Source: Selaginella moellendorffii
Taxonomy: Eukaryota > Plantae > Lycopodiophyta
Length of the DNA stretch: 64,000 nucleotides
Direction of reading: 5' to 3'
Assembly (NCBI RefSeq): GCF_000143415.4
Contig: NW_003314264.1
Span: 3,771,229 to 3,835,228, forward strand
The number at the start of each line of letters is the position of its first letter. Positions within the stretch are counted from its first letter, which is position 1. Below are positions 62,076 to 64,000 of this stretch, piece after piece. The notes below the pieces were generated by a model that made no database searches, was not told the origin of the DNA, and saw only the letters and a list, made by a program, of their open reading frames with translations. The translations under genes were made by a program, and so were the position numbers.

Positions 62076-63118
62076 GAGAGCATTGGCCAGTCGATCTCCC
62101 GGGGGAACTAGAGCCGGCTCTTGAACACTTCACCAAGCTACCCCACTTGTCGGTCCGTGTTCACTCTAGTCTTGGACTTCCCAGTGGGCAGCTCCTCACC
62201 CAACACTGGGTCTGGCCTTCCTGGGCCAAACTGGCCTTTCCTGGCCAAACTGGCTCCACTGCAGTCCTCCCCCCTACTATACTTTTGGAGCTCACCAAAC
62301 CCCGTAGGGTTTGGGAGACGAATGCTTTGGGCTTTCACCCTCTCAGACTCGAACTTGGACTCGGCCTCGGACTCAGACTTGGACTCGGACTCAGACTCGG
62401 ATTCGGACTTGGACTCGGACTCGGCCTCGGCCTCGGTCTCAGTCTCAGTCCCGATCTCGGTCTCGGTCTTGGTCCCGGTCTCGGTCTCGGTCCCAGTCTT
62501 GGTCTCGGTCCCGGTCTCGACTTCGGACTCCATCTCGGGGTCCTTCTCGGACTCCACTTCGGACTCCAACTCGGGTCCATCTCAGACACTTCCACGTGTC
62601 ATGTGTTGGTCCTTTTGGGTCCCTTTTTGGAGCCTCGTTTATTGCTCTCTTTGTGCTTGTTCCTCGAGCACTTCATTGGGAGTTCCACTCCCGCTCTTGA
62701 CCTTTCAAGGCGGAGCTTTTAGTCCAAACGTGTTACGCTCGTTTGGCTTTCGCTTCGGCCACTACCACGTGGCGCCCCTCCGGCTCCACTTTGGGGCCTA
62801 GGGATTTTGTGTCTCACAGGACATACATATGGATGCCCAATACGTACGATTTCAAATTTATGGGTAGGAATATACCTTGCTCAAGGGTATATTATATTTT
62901 TAAGTAGCCACTAATCAATGGGAATCAAACCCATGCAACCTGGCTCCGATACCAATTATAGCACACTTTATCTCTCTCCCCTTAAGCCAATTGGAAAACG
63001 GGCAATTGCTTGATGAGAGAGCCCTTAGGGGCTATTTTATCCCCATTTATCCTCTAAGGTTCCAAGGATCCATGGTGACAGTATATTTAAATCTCATCCT
63101 ATGATCACATGCGCTACA
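62076..63118 (-). mobile_element. Truncated second member of the TRIM/LARD family (5' LTR, PBS, leader, hexamer-repeat interior)
   Basis: LTR 62957-63118 matches 39531-39690. PBS AACCTGGCTCCGATACCA at 62937-62954 matches the tRNA-iMet 3' end at 17/18. Leader 62821-62935 matches 39347-39512. The 3' LTR is not seen. Confidence 0.85.
62345..62580. repeat. Degenerate hexamer tandem array (GACTCG/GTCTCG)
   Basis: Roughly 35-40 consecutive 6-bp units. Confidence 0.9.
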
Positions 63119-63329
63119 CTTACTCACGACTACTCATATAAACCTTCTCAGGGATTGAAGGTTTGAAGTAAGTTTCTAATTAACTCGTGTTTTTGGTAGC
63201 TTGTTCTAGGGTGAGAATTACTATACCAACACAAAATCAATGATAACAAAAGCCCTCTGGCTCTTTGCAACCACAATAGTAGACCGTCGCAGCTAGCTTT
63301 TCACCAAATTTTCTATTGCATCTGCAATA

Positions 63330-64000
63330 AAATTGTAGCATAACTTCATCAGAGTTCTTCTAGTTTTCACATGCCCAACAACAAATATCATGGCCACAGC
63401 CACGTCCTTGCCCTTGTCCTTGAACTTGGGTAACAGTAGCATCAACTTTCATTGGAACAAGATCATTGTAAGCGAGTAATTTTTCCATTCTACTTTAGTC
63501 ACTTAACCACACCTTCGACCACTTGGAGGAGTCTCATTCACAAACTCCATAAATCCAATTTAGGACTTAGGGCTTGCTAGCCCTGAGAATAGTATCCATG
63601 CCACTCAACCTTTGCACTTGGTCCAAGTGCTTCACATGTCCAATCCCATGACCAATACTCAAAGGTACCACCGACATATTAACCCATTACGCTAAAGCTA
63701 TGCCTAATCACCTTTGCCATATCTGTGGTCCAATACCACCTGCATCACAGTCTTGTCTCTCTAAAACTAGGCCATTTGTCCATGAGTGGTCATCCCAGAT
63801 CCACTCCTTAGCATCCTTAGGATGCCCGTAGACGTAGGGAATAACCTTCCCTAACATCCCTTTTTCAGTCCCCATTAAATTCCTTTTTATCCATGGCTGT
63901 GTTCACCAACACTGCCACTGGAACAAGGCCTCTAGGCCTGACCTCTAAGTCTCACTGTCCTTTGGGACTTCCTCACCATGTGACCATATCCTTAGTCATT
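63330..64000. mobile_element. Gypsy gag remnant (63330-63466) interrupted by a probable nested LTR starting TGTAAGC at 63467
   Basis: 63370-63466 matches 36820-36920. Similarity stops abruptly at TGTAAGC; the other end lies outside the window. Confidence 0.5.

Noticed and set aside
62121-62801. SD/ES/RS-repeat proteins
   Set aside because: A stop-free hexamer array open in most frames inside a TE, with no evidence of a real gene.
63960-63995. Second 5S-like motif (gggacttcc...gacc) in the terminal LTR-like segment
   Set aside because: The match is too short and interrupted, and the element is cut by the window end.

Overview
Gene-dense land-plant nuclear DNA. Introns of 50-70 bp, very short intergenic spacers and intronless PLS-class PPR genes with long runs of 31-aa S/SS motifs suggest the lycophyte Selaginella; the taxon is inferred, not proven. 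Two gene-rich blocks (about 8.4-32.2 kb and 40.6-60 kb) hold about 18 genes: CC-type glutaredoxin, WDR4/TRM82, calmodulin, TBC RabGAP, four PPR-E proteins, INTS7, a membrane protein, PIG-X, a two-B3 protein, PAK1IP1/MAK11, SHR-like GRAS, SnRK1-gamma-like CBS protein, RRP41L/MTR3, a membrane-anchored kinase and a TauD-like dioxygenase. AT-rich TE islands lie at 1-5.7 kb, 33-40 kb and 60-64 kb. The best candidates for something new are: (1) an intact, CpG-rich, stand-alone Ty3/gypsy capsid (gag) ORF at 45241-46395 with no LTRs or pol, a candidate domesticated gag gene; (2) a 193-bp solo LTR carrying a 5S rRNA internal promoter (Cassandra-like) inserted into a chromovirus chromodomain; (3) a TRIM/LARD family whose two copies share LTR, PBS and leader but carry different internal tandem arrays; (4) a 6.5-kb mosaic of captured gene fragments; (5) PPR genes head-to-head with housekeeping genes only 64-79 bp apart. 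All calls come from reading the sequence; no searches were run. Multi-exon coordinates give the gene span.
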